A stretch of DNA of 64,000 bases, taken from NCBI RefSeq assembly GCF_000981445.1, contig NC_027217.1:2604001-2668000 (forward strand), given 5' to 3'. The stretch's first letter is position 1. Each line of letters starts with the position of its first letter. A model generated the notes under the pieces. That model saw nothing but the letters and a program-made list of their open reading frames with translations, was not told the origin of the DNA and made no database searches. The DNA is from Babesia bigemina. Taxonomy: Eukaryota. The position numbers were made by a program, and so were the translations under genes. Below, in pieces: positions 48,440 to 60,796 of this stretch.

Positions 48440-48643
48440 TTACTGATTCTTCGTAGGCATTTTCTTGTAAAGTTCATAAATGTCTTCATCGTTATGGATC
48501 CTATCGTGCAAATCCTCGAATGGCCACTTCCTAGCATCAATCATGGCCCATATTAGAAATCCAACAATGATTAAGGCGAATATACCGCCGAAGATTCCGG
48601 CAAGGGTAGGGCCGTATGTATCCTTCTTGGCTTGTGAGCTCAT
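48440..48643 (-). CDS. Single-TM family member 3 (subtype A tail, lacks the Cys-rich region)
   Basis: MSSQAKKDTYGPTLAGIFGGIFALIIVGFLIWAMIDARKWPFEDLHDRIHNDEDIYELYKKMPTKNQ; the WPF..LHD......DIY tail aligns with members 1 and 2. Confidence 0.65.
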   Translation of the reverse strand: MSSQAKKDTYGPTLAGIFGGIFALIIVGFLIWAMIDARKWPFEDLHDRIHNDEDIYELYKKMPTKNQ

Positions 48644-50620
48644 CGTGAACACCGTACCGGGAAATGGTATCCCCAATTGAGATATGACAGCTCCGAACCC
48701 TGTATAATTAATATATTATACTATTGTTGTAGATTCTAGTTCCTATTCTGCTACAGCACGCCCCTGGGTAGATTTTGCCCGGGCCGTGTCTGCATGACAT
48801 GGTGGACGAACTTGGATACACAACACATTATATTAGCCTTTGATGACATCTAATTGTCACATTTGGAATATATTGTCGTCCAGTGTACTGTGAAAATAAA
48901 TGACCGTAGGAACTAAATTTCATGGTCATTTGCTGTACGCCAGATAGGAATCTCCCTATACACACGTTATTGAGCCAACATATGGAGTTACTACGTTGGC
49001 TGCCAAAATTAAGAGGCCAAGTGATTGTAGACTAAACAGACCATCCGGTTGTCTTTAGGGCGTAATAATACGGAAACGCTTCCGGAAGGATGATAAACTG
49101 GCACAGTGAGCGTTAAATTCACAATCGTTAGCGGTCCTCATCTGTTTATACAAACACCCAGATCGTTTTCAACCTCTGTTTTGGGTTGCAAATTTATTTC
49201 AGCTCGTTCGTATATGTATTTCACGGCCACTCAACCGATTCGTGATCAAAATTATATTGAGTCACAATTCCAGCTGATTTCCGGTCTAGCGCATAGCACG
49301 TGTTCCGCGCTAAATGATAACCACGTACGTGACAAATGATTTTTGTGCGGAAACTCATTCCATTAACTACGGTGGGTGTCCTTCATATTTTTCGTTCCTT
49401 TATTGTATTTCTCTAATCGGGATGTGTTGACCGTCAGTGGAACGTTGCTACCACACGTTTATAAAAGCATCATAATTTTGTATTACGAGACATTTAAAGC
49501 TTCACATTATTTGTGGTAGTTAACCAATTAGTGCTTTGTTATCCAATCTGGGCTGTAGCACAACAGAAACGATGCTTTGTTTCAAATTCAGTTAATCATA
49601 TCACGCCAACCGTTTAAACCCATTACTGAGTTTCGATCTAGCTTCAAGGATGCGACTGCATGTCCACCGCGAAACTATAAATGATGTTGCATTGTTAGTC
49701 CCTGGGTGGAGGTCAATGCGACGGTGGACTCGGACCAGCTGCTACACTTAACTAATTTCATAATATGCTGCATATATGAGCTTGTAGAGCAATATGGGCT
49801 CTTGCGTATGAAAATTATCAGCCGTATTGTGAAAAATAATTCAGCTGCGAATAAATTTTGCATTGAGCACCAATCCAAAACCCGCAGAAACCAATGCGAT
49901 AATAAGCATTGTATTATAGTGGAAAACAGTTGGGAGTTATAATACCGTGTGGGTTGCGATTCATTAGAGTGGAATAAGATGTTAGTGTCAATGTGAATTG
50001 GCAGAAGTATTATTCTAAGCATTGCCTTTGTTTGCTCGATGCCTCAGTAGATTGGAAACTTGTGCATTATGCTTCAGCCATCGCCACACGCAACGCTAAA
50101 CATCATGCTACGAACCATTTATGCTTATTTGGAAAGGATAGTGTCACGCGCAGCTAAGAACTCACTCCATGAGTCCAAATCGACACTGATGAAAGCTGTC
50201 AGGATATTCCGGATTAGTGAAGGTGATAAATTTTCTTTACGTCAATTTTCAGGACCAAACCTTGCTATAATGTTCCTTCACTACGCGTGTTATTATGCAT
50301 TAGAAAGTATAGACGCATGTGTATTATTATAATGGTTAGGCAAACGAAGCTGGGGTTATGACATTGACATTAAATATCTGCTGTTACAACAATAGGAAAT
50401 TATGCGTAACATACCAATTCGATTGACCGTTGGAAGTATACGAAGTTGAAATTATCTACGCTGCGTACCTATAGAATCTATGCACAGCAGGAGCGACGCC
50501 GTGCATCGGGCAACACCAGTGAACCAGAATATGTAACGGTGGTATACATGAGCGCGAATATATTAACACTGCGATCTCGAATGTTTACAGGCAAGCCTTT
50601 AGGGCTATGTGAAGCTACGT

Positions 50621-50995
50621 TTACTTCTTGAAGTGCGTCGACGGCATCCCGTTTTTCCAGTAATTGCGGAATGTTTCGAAGTCGGGAATAGAGGTCCAAG
50701 CCAGGAAATACATGATGATGCCGATAACGAGTAGGACCATGATTATGCCGAAGAAAATGACAATGCCTGACCGGGGAGTACAAGTTTTACAACGGCACTT
50801 CAATAGATTTGTGCATTTCTTACCGTCTGTATTGTCATCGGTCCCTGTACTTTTTCCGCACGTTTCACATTTTCGCGGGCCAGATGTGTTACATTTATCA
50901 CAACACCAGCGGCAGCACTCACATTTTGACGTCGAACACCCGATGCCCTTGATATAGTTACATATACATCCTGTTGTTGACTTAGACACGACCAT
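50621..50995 (-). CDS. Small Cys-rich single-TM protein, family member 4 (subtype B)
   Basis: ATG at 50995, 124 aa; 15 Cys before the TM incl. CIC, CECCRWCCDKC, CRCKTC; TM IVIFFGIIMVLLVIGIIMYFLAW; tail IPDFETFRNYWKNG. Confidence 0.8.
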   Translation of the reverse strand: MVVSKSTTGCICNYIKGIGCSTSKCECCRWCCDKCNTSGPRKCETCGKSTGTDDNTDGKKCTNLLKCRCKTCTPRSGIVIFFGIIMVLLVIGIIMYFLAWTSIPDFETFRNYWKNGMPSTHFKK

Positions 50996-52648
50996 TTTTA
51001 CCAACCCTGAGAACCGATGAACAACTAGCACAAAATACGTGACAGTTTCGATGCAAATTTTTTATTAGGCATATAAAACAGAAGCAAATAGATAAATATG
51101 ACAAAACATTAAGGTACCGTGAAGGATTATTGCTTAAGTTGGCGAAAATGGGCCGATTATCTAGTTGCCATCAGAAAATACTATATCTACGTATGCTGCT
51201 GTCGGCACATTGTTCATCTACCTGATTGCCCCATTATATCAATTATAGCCGTATATCCTTCGCCTCATTAATCGGTAGAACACATGTAAAACTTTATACG
51301 TCAGTATTTATTGACTCGCATTCTTACATACAATCTGTATTGCGTATTTATTGATATATGGCTTGATGGTACAACGCTTTATGTCTCACAATGTGCCACG
51401 ATTAGTTATCATGCCACACTTATAAAGTCATATCTGCATGACGAGAACAGGGAAAAGTCCAGAACCAAAATCGCATCTTCATACGCATACTGTCATTGGT
51501 AATTCCAATGCTACAGTATTTTGTCACAGACATTGTGCGTGTGAGCGCGGTTACTATCACATCTTTGTGATTGGAGATATTTTCCGATTCAGGATAATGT
51601 ATTCACATGTTATGACCCTCTCGTTTGCATATTTGCAGCAAGGATCTAATTTCATAGGGCAGGAAGTTTGCATCAATTAAAGGCACGGCGCTATCACCGT
51701 TGTGGGGCAACGATGATTGGTAAATTAATGACCAGCTACATTTAGCAATCAGGTGATACATGGGAAACAGTGACTCAGTATGCGAAAGGAGGATGCGTTG
51801 TGTTAAGGCATATCGGCAGCGTTCCAAATGTTACCTCATGCTTCCTACCGGGGAAATTGGTTTACAGAACTCTAAGGAAGACAAATTTAATACTATTCTG
51901 AAATTCGAGCAATATCAACTTGATCAACGCTCCACTACATTCAGTGTCCATTGATAATCTGGCCTGTGATGATTGCAATCGGTAAACGCATTTGAATTGT
52001 AAATAAATTTTGTTTTGGATAGAGTGTCATCATCCAAAATCTTCGTCCTGTGCAAGTATAAAGGCAACGAGTATAAATCATACGACACTTGATAATAATT
52101 TGGTTCTCGCACAGCAAAGGTTCGAAATTGCTTTTTAATAGTGGCGTTCGGGGTCCCTTCCAATCACAGCGCCTGGTGAACGCAGTCTGTCGCGTAAACG
52201 ACTCAGCAGCATTGTAATGAAGTAAATTCATGTTCTCACAATTGTAGCATTCGATTCCATGTTGTCGGTCATAACTTCAGTGACTCATGGTATACTTTTT
52301 TAATCTCGCGCCCAGCAAAAGACCTGGCGACACTGCTTGCTTAATTTTGTATTGTGACGAAAGATGTTGTGACATTACATAACTACGTAAAGTGGTCGAC
52401 TGCAAAATTTATTTGGTGCGGCGGGCTATACGGGAGATGCACTCTTACCCGCTGTTCCATGCATGGTAAATGAAACGTTAACATTACAACCGTACGCAGT
52501 GCATAGATCGACGCAGTCAAGACGTATATTGATATCGGAGGTATAGCTTCTGCATTACTGAAGTTTCGCATACCTCAACCGGTATCAACTTCTTGGTACG
52601 TTCCTTATCGCTATTCAGGGGTGTTAGTTACGTGAGCTGTAAACGAAG

Positions 52649-52927
52649 ATGGCTGACTGCACTTGTTGTAGCAGTGGAAAGTGTCAGAAATCAAGTTGTA
52701 ATTGCTGTGTATGGTGTAAGCCAAATTGTCCAGGCTGCGTAGAATGTAGAAACAAGAAATGTAGCAGTTGTGAGTGGAAACCAAAATACTTGGCCGGATT
52801 CTTCGTCATCCTTCTGATTTTCATTGTGATTGGAGTCATCATCTACATCGGCACCAAGCATCAGATCCCTAAACTGAGGTCTATCCGTGACTACTGGAAT
52901 GGCAAGATATCATCTACTTCCAGCTAA
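52649..52927 (+). CDS. Small Cys-rich single-TM protein, family member 5 (subtype B)
   Basis: 92 aa; 13 Cys in the first 41 aa incl. CNCCVWC; TM LAGFFVILLIFIVIGVIIYIG; tail IPKLRSIRDYWNG. Confidence 0.8.
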   Translation: MADCTCCSSGKCQKSSCNCCVWCKPNCPGCVECRNKKCSSCEWKPKYLAGFFVILLIFIVIGVIIYIGTKHQIPKLRSIRDYWNGKISSTSS

Positions 52928-53335
52928 ATTAGGCGAAAATAGCTTCACCAAGCCTATCCGAAGTTCTTGCGAATACGCAACATCATACGTCAATGTAGTA
53001 GTCTATATAAATTCCGTAAAAGCGATATAAAAGTTGAAGATGTCGTATGTTGGAATTCATGCTCCCTAAAACGGACTACAGAAGATATGTACTAAATTCA
53101 GCATGTTTTGGCGCGCTTCATAGGGACCCCTAGGCATATAGCGTTCAAGGAATAGCGCTGCTTGATTATGAAAACTCCCAGAAAATAAATGAAGGCATTG
53201 AAGAGCCACTATGGCTACGATGAAGTAAAAAAATCATCCCGTATTGCTCCTACAACATGTATGAAATACTCATTATATCTGCATTGTAAAAAATTAAAAT
53301 GTTTTAGTCAGCTTGGACATGCCTCGCAAGGCCGT

Positions 53336-56300
53336 CTATGAGCGACTAAGTAAACGGCGGCACAACCGCTCTATTGCCACAGCACCCAGGATGTCGATTG
53401 CAAGTACCGCAATCACGTGCAAGCGCACCGTGTGGTTGGGAATCTCGACCAGCGAGAGGTAATCGTTGAGCGGCCTGAACAGGTCACTGGCGAGTACGAG
53501 CACGAACAGCGCTGCGGCGGCCAGCGGTCTCGACAAGAACTTGTTCTCCCACAACGGCTGCATATATGGGTACCCCCGGTAGTTGGACAGGAACCCTGCG
53601 ATGCTGATCACAAGGCAGCCGTAGTAGATCACCGTGTTGACGATGTTAGGCGCGAATGGGGCGTCTAGATTGGGCACGTAGTCGGGTGCCCTCAAGGACT
53701 TGCCAATACCCCACAGATGCAAAATGACCGACACGTGGAGGCAGCACTGCAACACGAAGCTTGTGAAGCTGGCTGGTCGGAAGATGGACTTCTCAGGGCG
53801 CTTGGAGCTGTGTTCCTGCGCGGGCTTCGACTTTGAGAGCGCCATCAGCATGAAGGTGTACATCAGTGAGGAGACCGTGGCCTGAGCCTCGCTGAGCCCC
53901 ACACCGTCCATGGATAGCACCGACATCCCCAGCGATGTGATGAGCGAGTTTACGCCCATGACCTTGTGGAGCAGCACGACTGTTGTTAGAGCGCACCTGC
54001 CGCTGCGGACCAGAAGTGGCACGCAGAGGACGTCGTTCTTGCGGTACGTGAATGGCGACGCTATGCTAGCCTCCCCGAGCTTCAATTCTGGCATGCCGTC
54101 CTGGAGGTCGCGCTGCAGCTTCTCCAGAGCCTCGCGTTGCAGTTGATGCGGTTGCTTGCGAATCATGTCGCCCAGCTTGTTTGTGAGCTCCTTATGCGGC
54201 TTCTTGAACGCGCTTTTCAGCAGCGAGATGCCCACGTGAGCGACTTTGAGGGCCGCCATGTCGTTGGTACCGTCGCCGCACATGGCAGTTTTCATGCCGG
54301 CACGCTTGAAAGTGCGCACCACAAACTTCTTCTGCTGCGGAGATACCCTCGCGAACACGGTGGTGTTGAGCACGATCTCGGCCAGCACCTTGCGCCCGCT
54401 ACGGCGCTCGTAGTCGACAAGAGCGTCTATGGCCGGACCAGTGACGCACAGCCGCATGGATTGCTTGATTTCGTTCATGTGATCCACGAAATCTCCAGAT
54501 TTTGCAACACGCGGTACAGGGTTTCCGTTACGCAGCCTCCAGCAGAAACCGCCTTCCTCCGGTACCAGGATGGCGAAGTCGCCCCAGCTCTTGCGGGCAG
54601 AGGTGCTTAGGTCGACATTGCTCCTGTCACCCATCTCGACGGCGTCGGCGACGTGGCACGCAGTGAGCACGTTGTCTCCAGTGATCATGATAAGTTTGTG
54701 GCCATCTAGTTGTCTCATGCATATCACAGACGATGACCTGATGGGCGACTCCAGAGCCAGGAACCCTACGAACTCCAGAGATGATTCGACTTCCTCCCGG
54801 ACTACCGACGGGACCTCGGTTGGCGTGATGGGCAGCTTCCTGCATGCTAGCGTGAGTACACGCATACCACCGATCGCCAGTTGTTGGTAGAGCTCGTCAT
54901 AATACTCCGGAACTTCACGTAAAAGTGGGCGAACGCGTTCGGGAGCACCTTTGCACAACAGCATTACATCACCATCGTAACTGTTATCCAGTCTGAGGTA
55001 TCCCTCTCCATGCTTAAGCTCTGTAGACGCCGATTGGTGGCTGTTGCCGCCAGACGACCCTGCTTGAGCTCCCTCTAAAGGTTTCTGCCAGTATGTTGTG
55101 CGGCCGCCGATTACCGCGATTGTCGACATCCTGCCGAGCTCAGAAACGAATTGCCATCTCCTAAGCACGGTGACCTTGGCTGGCGCCAACTTCTTCCCAG
55201 ATTCGTAAAACCAAGGGTTCAGGCCCTCTACTGATTTGTTGTCCGCACTCAAAGTCCATCCGAAATGCTCGAAAGCAGCCTTTTCCATGGGGTCGCCAAC
55301 TATGTTCCCGGAGACGCGTGACAGTGAGTGGCAGCCTCCCACCACCAAAGCGGAGGCGATGGGTAGTGGTGCTGACTGGGCCTGTTGGCCCGGCTGCGTC
55401 TGCAGAGAGGACACGTCGTTGCCCACTACGACACCCACCACCTTCATCTGGTCCTCGGTAAGAGTGCCAGTCTTGTCAAATGCGCATACACCCAGATCAC
55501 CTGCGTACGGCACCCTGAACGGCTCTGTGCAGTACATGCCCTTGCCGTGGAGTTGCAGGATGGCGAGCGAGACCGCCAACGACAAGATGACTGAGAACTC
55601 GGGAGGTATGACTGCAGTTATGATGTGCAGAGTAGTCAGGATCAACTTCTTGAGGGTGGCCGTTGGCAGTCTCCTGACGACGAAGGTGCATGACACCAGC
55701 GCAAACGTCAGCAGGATTGCCAAGAAGCACCAGCCTTCAGTGTTCGAAGCAGTAACACGGTCGCCTGACCGGATGATGGCGTTGACCAAACGACCCTGGT
55801 ACGATTCGAACCCCGTGCGCAGTACCACGCAGACGCACCCTTGTTTAGGAGGCTTGACAGCACCGAACGATTGGCCGTCAGCACGGCACAGCATGATGGA
55901 CGTTCCGGCGAAAACGGTGCTCTGCCTCATCTCACTATCCGCTTCCGTCAAGGCGCCCTTCTGGGACCGCACAAGTCGCAGATCGAGAGCTGACTTGAAC
56001 TGGGGCACAGATTCTCCAGTGAGGATAGACTCGTCGACCACAACCTCTCCTGATAAAATGAGGCAATCGGCACGAACGACCGTTGACTCAGCTGCTGCGT
56101 CGTGCGTCAGCAGGAAAATATCACCAGGATATAGTTGTGCACTCGATATAGTCGTCCACTTGCCATCACGATACACCAGGACGTCGGCAGGGGGAATGCG
56201 CATGGAGTTGATGCGGTCGTACTCTCGGATGTTCTTCTTGACCATCTGCACCTCGATGGTGATGATGGAGAATATCGTCATGCACGAGTAGTACCAGTAG

Positions 56301-57112
56301 CTGTCGAAAATCCACAGTATCGACGCCAGCAGCTGGAACAGGAAGAACGGGCTGAGAAAGGCGTCGAACAGCATCTTCCAAAAGTCGCACGGCGGAATCT
56401 GGTAGTCGTTGTCGCCGAACGTGTCCTCACACACAACCAGCGACCTTTCAATGCCCGAAACCCTGGTGCTGACCTTGTCCTTCGCAGACAGCCCCCGCCA
56501 CGCCTCGAGGACCTTGACGTCGACAGAGTCGATGTGCTCCACAGCCTCGAATTCGCAGCTACGCTCGTTGAGCACATATTTCCGGTGGCCGTGAGTGTAA
56601 TAGCTGTACAGCTTCGAGCGCAGCAGCTGCGTTATCACGCTCGGAATGGCCCTACGTTCCTCGGTGGAGTCGGCCGAAGGCTTGATGCCAATGATGTACA
56701 CGTGAGTTCCCTTCCTGAGCACGTACTCCCGGTATTCGTCAGATCCCTCGACAAATGGGCACGACTCGTAGAACAAAAAGAGACGCACTGGGATGTACCA
56801 GAGGCTGAGCAGCATGGCAGCCGCCACTAGGCACACAACGACGAACAGCACGAGCAAAAAGCACTCCGACGTGTCCATCGCCCTAAGCCTGGCAGCTATT
56901 GCCGCATAGTCCACGCGAATCACCTTGACTTCACCCTCTGCGACGCTTTCGGCGGCCTCCTCGGCAGGCTTCGAGAACAGCGCCCATATCTTCCGGAAGT
57001 GTAGCGCGGCAGCGGCCAGCGCAATGCCGAGCACAGCGATGCTGAATTGCGCAAACGCTGCGTGGCGTCCGACATAGCGGAACACTCGGCGTGTGTGGTC
57101 CGGCTGAGCCAT
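53336..57112 (-). CDS. P5A-type P-type ATPase (Spf1/ATP13A1-like)
   Basis: LTGESVP, PPEF, CTEPFRVPYAG, DKTGTLT, GDPMEKA, MITGDN, ARVSPQQK, MCGDGTND, ASIASPFT; likely start MAQPDH at 57112. Confidence 0.93.
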   Translation of the reverse strand: MAQPDHTRRVFRYVGRHAAFAQFSIAVLGIALAAAALHFRKIWALFSKPAEEAAESVAEGEVKVIRVDYAAIAARLRAMDTSECFLLVLFVVVCLVAAAMLLSLWYIPVRLFLFYESCPFVEGSDEYREYVLRKGTHVYIIGIKPSADSTEERRAIPSVITQLLRSKLYSYYTHGHRKYVLNERSCEFEAVEHIDSVDVKVLEAWRGLSAKDKVSTRVSGIERSLVVCEDTFGDNDYQIPPCDFWKMLFDAFLSPFFLFQLLASILWIFDSYWYYSCMTIFSIITIEVQMVKKNIREYDRINSMRIPPADVLVYRDGKWTTISSAQLYPGDIFLLTHDAAAESTVVRADCLILSGEVVVDESILTGESVPQFKSALDLRLVRSQKGALTEADSEMRQSTVFAGTSIMLCRADGQSFGAVKPPKQGCVCVVLRTGFESYQGRLVNAIIRSGDRVTASNTEGWCFLAILLTFALVSCTFVVRRLPTATLKKLILTTLHIITAVIPPEFSVILSLAVSLAILQLHGKGMYCTEPFRVPYAGDLGVCAFDKTGTLTEDQMKVVGVVVGNDVSSLQTQPGQQAQSAPLPIASALVVGGCHSLSRVSGNIVGDPMEKAAFEHFGWTLSADNKSVEGLNPWFYESGKKLAPAKVTVLRRWQFVSELGRMSTIAVIGGRTTYWQKPLEGAQAGSSGGNSHQSASTELKHGEGYLRLDNSYDGDVMLLCKGAPERVRPLLREVPEYYDELYQQLAIGGMRVLTLACRKLPITPTEVPSVVREEVESSLEFVGFLALESPIRSSSVICMRQLDGHKLIMITGDNVLTACHVADAVEMGDRSNVDLSTSARKSWGDFAILVPEEGGFCWRLRNGNPVPRVAKSGDFVDHMNEIKQSMRLCVTGPAIDALVDYERRSGRKVLAEIVLNTTVFARVSPQQKKFVVRTFKRAGMKTAMCGDGTNDMAALKVAHVGISLLKSAFKKPHKELTNKLGDMIRKQPHQLQREALEKLQRDLQDGMPELKLGEASIASPFTYRKNDVLCVPLLVRSGRCALTTVVLLHKVMGVNSLITSLGMSVLSMDGVGLSEAQATVSSLMYTFMLMALSKSKPAQEHSSKRPEKSIFRPASFTSFVLQCCLHVSVILHLWGIGKSLRAPDYVPNLDAPFAPNIVNTVIYYGCLVISIAGFLSNYRGYPYMQPLWENKFLSRPLAAAALFVLVLASDLFRPLNDYLSLVEIPNHTVRLHVIAVLAIDILGAVAIERLCRRLLSRS

Positions 57113-57372
57113 TTGGAACCCAGATCTTAGGCTTTGGCCAATACCCCGGCGCGCTGATGTGTGCGAGTGTGTACCGCCCGCGAGCTTTACACCGCAAGTG
57201 AGCCCCTTAGGCAACGGTCTTTCAATATCGAACAAATGTTGAAGTGCCGGGCAATGTCAGCTGTCGAGGGTGTGTGCTCTGGTACCAAGCAACGCCGCTG
57301 CGCGGATGGGGCGTGACGCAGGATTCCATACGCGTATTCCCGTACCGCTGGATCAGGCGGCGCAGCCACACG

Positions 57373-59156
57373 ATGAGTTACCGCAGGGCATCAGTGTCGC
57401 TGCTCAGCAGCAGCGATGGGCAGTCGGAAGCCACCGAAGGTCACTGCGAGGCGCCTTCCGACCTCCGGTGGCGGCACGTCGGCATCGCGCTGGAAAAGGT
57501 TGCCGAAACGGTTCATCGCAGTCGCCGACCGCATTTGGGAGTTCTATCGGATATCAAACGGCGGTCTAGTCGCCTAGGAACTCGCTCAATAGTTGGAGCT
57601 GGGCTACTTTATATCGTTCTCGGTAGGTTGTCTGATCTCTGACATGTCTAATTACGCGCAGGGTACCCCGCGGCCTTTTCTAATGTAGGGCTGCATATCG
57701 CTTCGTACATGCGCGTGTTCGGGTCGAACGGCGCGATAGACCACCAAAGTATCGCATTGGGATTCGTCCTATCCCTGCTGACGCAGACACTGGCGGGGCT
57801 GCTGACAGCGCCGGTGGCGAAGAAGGTCGGGGACAAGCTGATAACCCTCCTTGGGTGCATCGGGGTGGTGCTATGTGTGGCAGGCGCTGCGTGGCGGATG
57901 CACGACTACGCGAGCTTTCTAGTGTGGTACGGGCTGGGCGCGGGATTCTGCTCCGGGCTCGTCATGTGGCTGCCGGCCAAGAGCGTGCTGCGCCTGAACC
58001 CGATGAGACGTGGACTCAGCTGCGGTTGCATGTACGCGATAATGGGCACGGCGTTGCTGCTGGTTGGGCCGCTGGAGCTGTCGTACCTCGGCGGCTGGTG
58101 GTCCCATGACGCCGGCGTACCACAAGCAACCGAGCAACGACCGCCGCCACAAACTCCACCTAAGCACGTCGAACACCACGGCTCGAGATTCTTTTACGTG
58201 GACAATGCCGAGCTGCATCGCACCCGCGCGCTGTTGATGATGACAGCAGTCGGTTACCTCATCATCACGGTAGGCGCACAGCACGGTGACCCGAATGTTG
58301 AGCAGGCTTGCGGGTGGCAGTGGGCCTTTCCAGACTCTGCAGCCGAAGACGACGAGGCTACGGAGCAGCACGTCTCTGAGTACGTGCCCTTCTCAATCAA
58401 AGGTGCGGTGCGGTGCTTTAAGTGGTTTTGTGCTGCCGACACAGCTCGGTCATGCAGCGCATCACAACGATGGCGACATTACACATTGCTCGCAGGCGAA
58501 GTGCTGCATCGCAATCATCAGCATCCCAGGGAACTCAGCTGGAAGGATCAGGCGTGCATGTGGCTGCTCTCATACTTCACCTGGCAGGCAGTGATGTACA
58601 TACACTCCTACTGGCGCAACATCGCCGCCGTCAAGTACGGGGCGAGCATGCGCAGCATAGTGCTCGCGGATTTCGTCGTGCGGTGCACCAGTCTTCTGGG
58701 TAGAATCATATGGGGCCTCGTTCTGGATTCTTACGGGTGGCGCGCTACGTGGGCGACTCTCTCACTACTCCTACTCGCCGTAACCGTTACGCTCACACAC
58801 CTCTGCCAAACCAGTTTCGTTCTTTACATTGTGTGGTACGTCCCTAAGTTCTGTGCCAATGCTATACGGTACAGGGTTTCAGCAGCGTACTTTGCAAACT
58901 CCGCTGTGTTCTGCGTGGTGCCCATGACTGCTCATAACGTGTGCGGATCAGAGGTAGGCGGCTCACAGACAACGACACACTTTCTCAGCACTTCACGCAA
59001 GCTGTCGGTATCATGAACACCTCGCGGGCGGCGGCCGGAATCACGGCGTTCTCACTATCGATAGCGCAACCGTCGGGGCTCGGGCAATGGGTGCCAAGTC
59101 TCATTTCGCTCTTGAGCGTGTGCAACCTGGTTGTCGTCAGCTGCGTGCACGCGTGA
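57373..59156 (+). CDS. Major facilitator superfamily transporter, multi-exon
   Basis: About 12 hydrophobic helices; MFS loop GRIIWGLVLDSYGWR; YGLGAGFCSG and RRGLSCG resemble oxalate:formate-antiporter-like MFS proteins. Confidence 0.8.
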
Positions 59157-59376
59157 CAGCGCAAACATAAAATTGAGAAACCGGAGTACTGTACAACCAC
59201 CGCTTTATCCAGACCTCCCACAGGCCGAGCCCGAAACTGGGCAGCCCGCGTGGACGGCACGCAAATATGCGCATAGACAAATCTCCGGAAAAACTACACA
59301 GGGCACCGGGTTTTTAACTTTCTTTGAATGGTTTCGCGTCCGGAGATTAATAGACAACTAATTGAAAATCCAGTTT

Positions 59377-60796
59377 TTATTGGTTCACTGTTAACACATG
59401 AGCAACGATGGTACGGCCACTTACAGTACAGAGAGGTGTCGATGGACTCCGGCATTTCGGGGATGTCGACCTCGAATCTCTTTTGCACGTCGGCCAGGGC
59501 ATTCGAGTCATCCTGCGTCGCAACAAAGGTGATTGCGAGCCCCTTCGTGCCGAACCTACCCGCGCGGCCCACGCGGTGCAGGTACGAGTCGGTGGAGTCG
59601 GGCATGTCGTAGTTGATAACGATGTTCACACGCTCAACGTCGATGCCCCTTCCGAACAGGTCGGTCGAGACCATGATGCGCTTGTCGAAGTTTTTGAACT
59701 GAGTGTAGCGAGCGATGCGCTCGGTCTGCTCAAGCCCAGCGTGTATGGCGATTGACGGGAAGTTGCACTCATTGAGCAGGTTGTCGAGCGTCTGAGCCCT
59801 CGAAATGGACTTCACGAAAATGATGACCTGGTTGAACTCCAGAGTGTCGAGCAGGTCGTTCAGCTTGCGATTCTTGTCGCTCTCAGAAAGCTTAATGTAG
59901 TACTGCAGGAGACCGTGGAGCGTCAGCTTCGACTCGTCGTCCACGAACACCTCCACAGGCGACTGCACGAAACGCTTGCACACGTCACGTACCTCGTTGT
60001 TCATGGTGGCGGAGAAGAACATAACCTGCTTCTTCTTCGGCGTAGACATGAAGATCGCCTGGACGTCAGAACGCATGTCAAGCTTCTCAAGACACTTGTC
60101 ACACTCGTCGAGCACGAAGTGGCGGATACCCTCCATGCTCAAATGCTTACCGCGGATGAGAGCGAGCAGTCTACCGGGAGTACCCACGAGAATGTGCGGG
60201 CACTTGGCGGGGTCTTTCAGCATCGCAATGTCGCGAGCGATCGGCACACCTCCGTAAACAACCTCGCAGCGCACACCGGTCATGTACTTGGCGAAACGGT
60301 CGAACTCGTTCTTGATCTGGTACGCAAGCTCACGGGTGTGGCTGATTCCAAGGCACGCCACACGGTCACCTCCAGGAGCAACGACGTCACCTCCGGCGTC
60401 ACGCTTCATACCACCAGCAAGGGTCCCGTCTTCTTGCACATCCAGCTGCTGCAGAACGGACAGCACGAACACGGCGGTCTTTCCCATACCGGACTTGGCC
60501 TGGCACAAAATGTCCACACCAGTGATGGCGTGAGGAATGGTCTCGTGCTGGACCTCCGACGGGTGCTCGAAACCGGCGTCACCGATGGCTCTCAAAATCT
60601 CGGGCTTCAGGAAGAAGTCACGGAAACCGCTCGCGTGAATGGCGACGTAACTGCCACGGCCCATAGTACCGTCATCGCGGCCGGTTTTGGCGACCGTCGC
60701 CGATTTAATCACCGTGCGCGTGGAGACCTGGCCGGCTTCTTGCTCCTCATAGTCCACCAAGTCCTCCGCCGGCACGGCGCCCTTACCCTTCGTCAT
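59377..60796 (-). CDS. UAP56: DECD-box RNA helicase UAP56/SUB2
   Basis: [53 protein letters not shown] terminal intron gives ...DTSLYLNQ* (TAA 59377-59379). Confidence 0.96.

Noticed and set aside
49675..52400. Short ORFs and hydrophobic or Cys-containing fragments in the AT-rich spacers (e.g. 49675-50022, 51924-52231)
   Set aside because: Interrupted by many stops and lacking the family motifs; they may be decayed genes but cannot be supported without a search.
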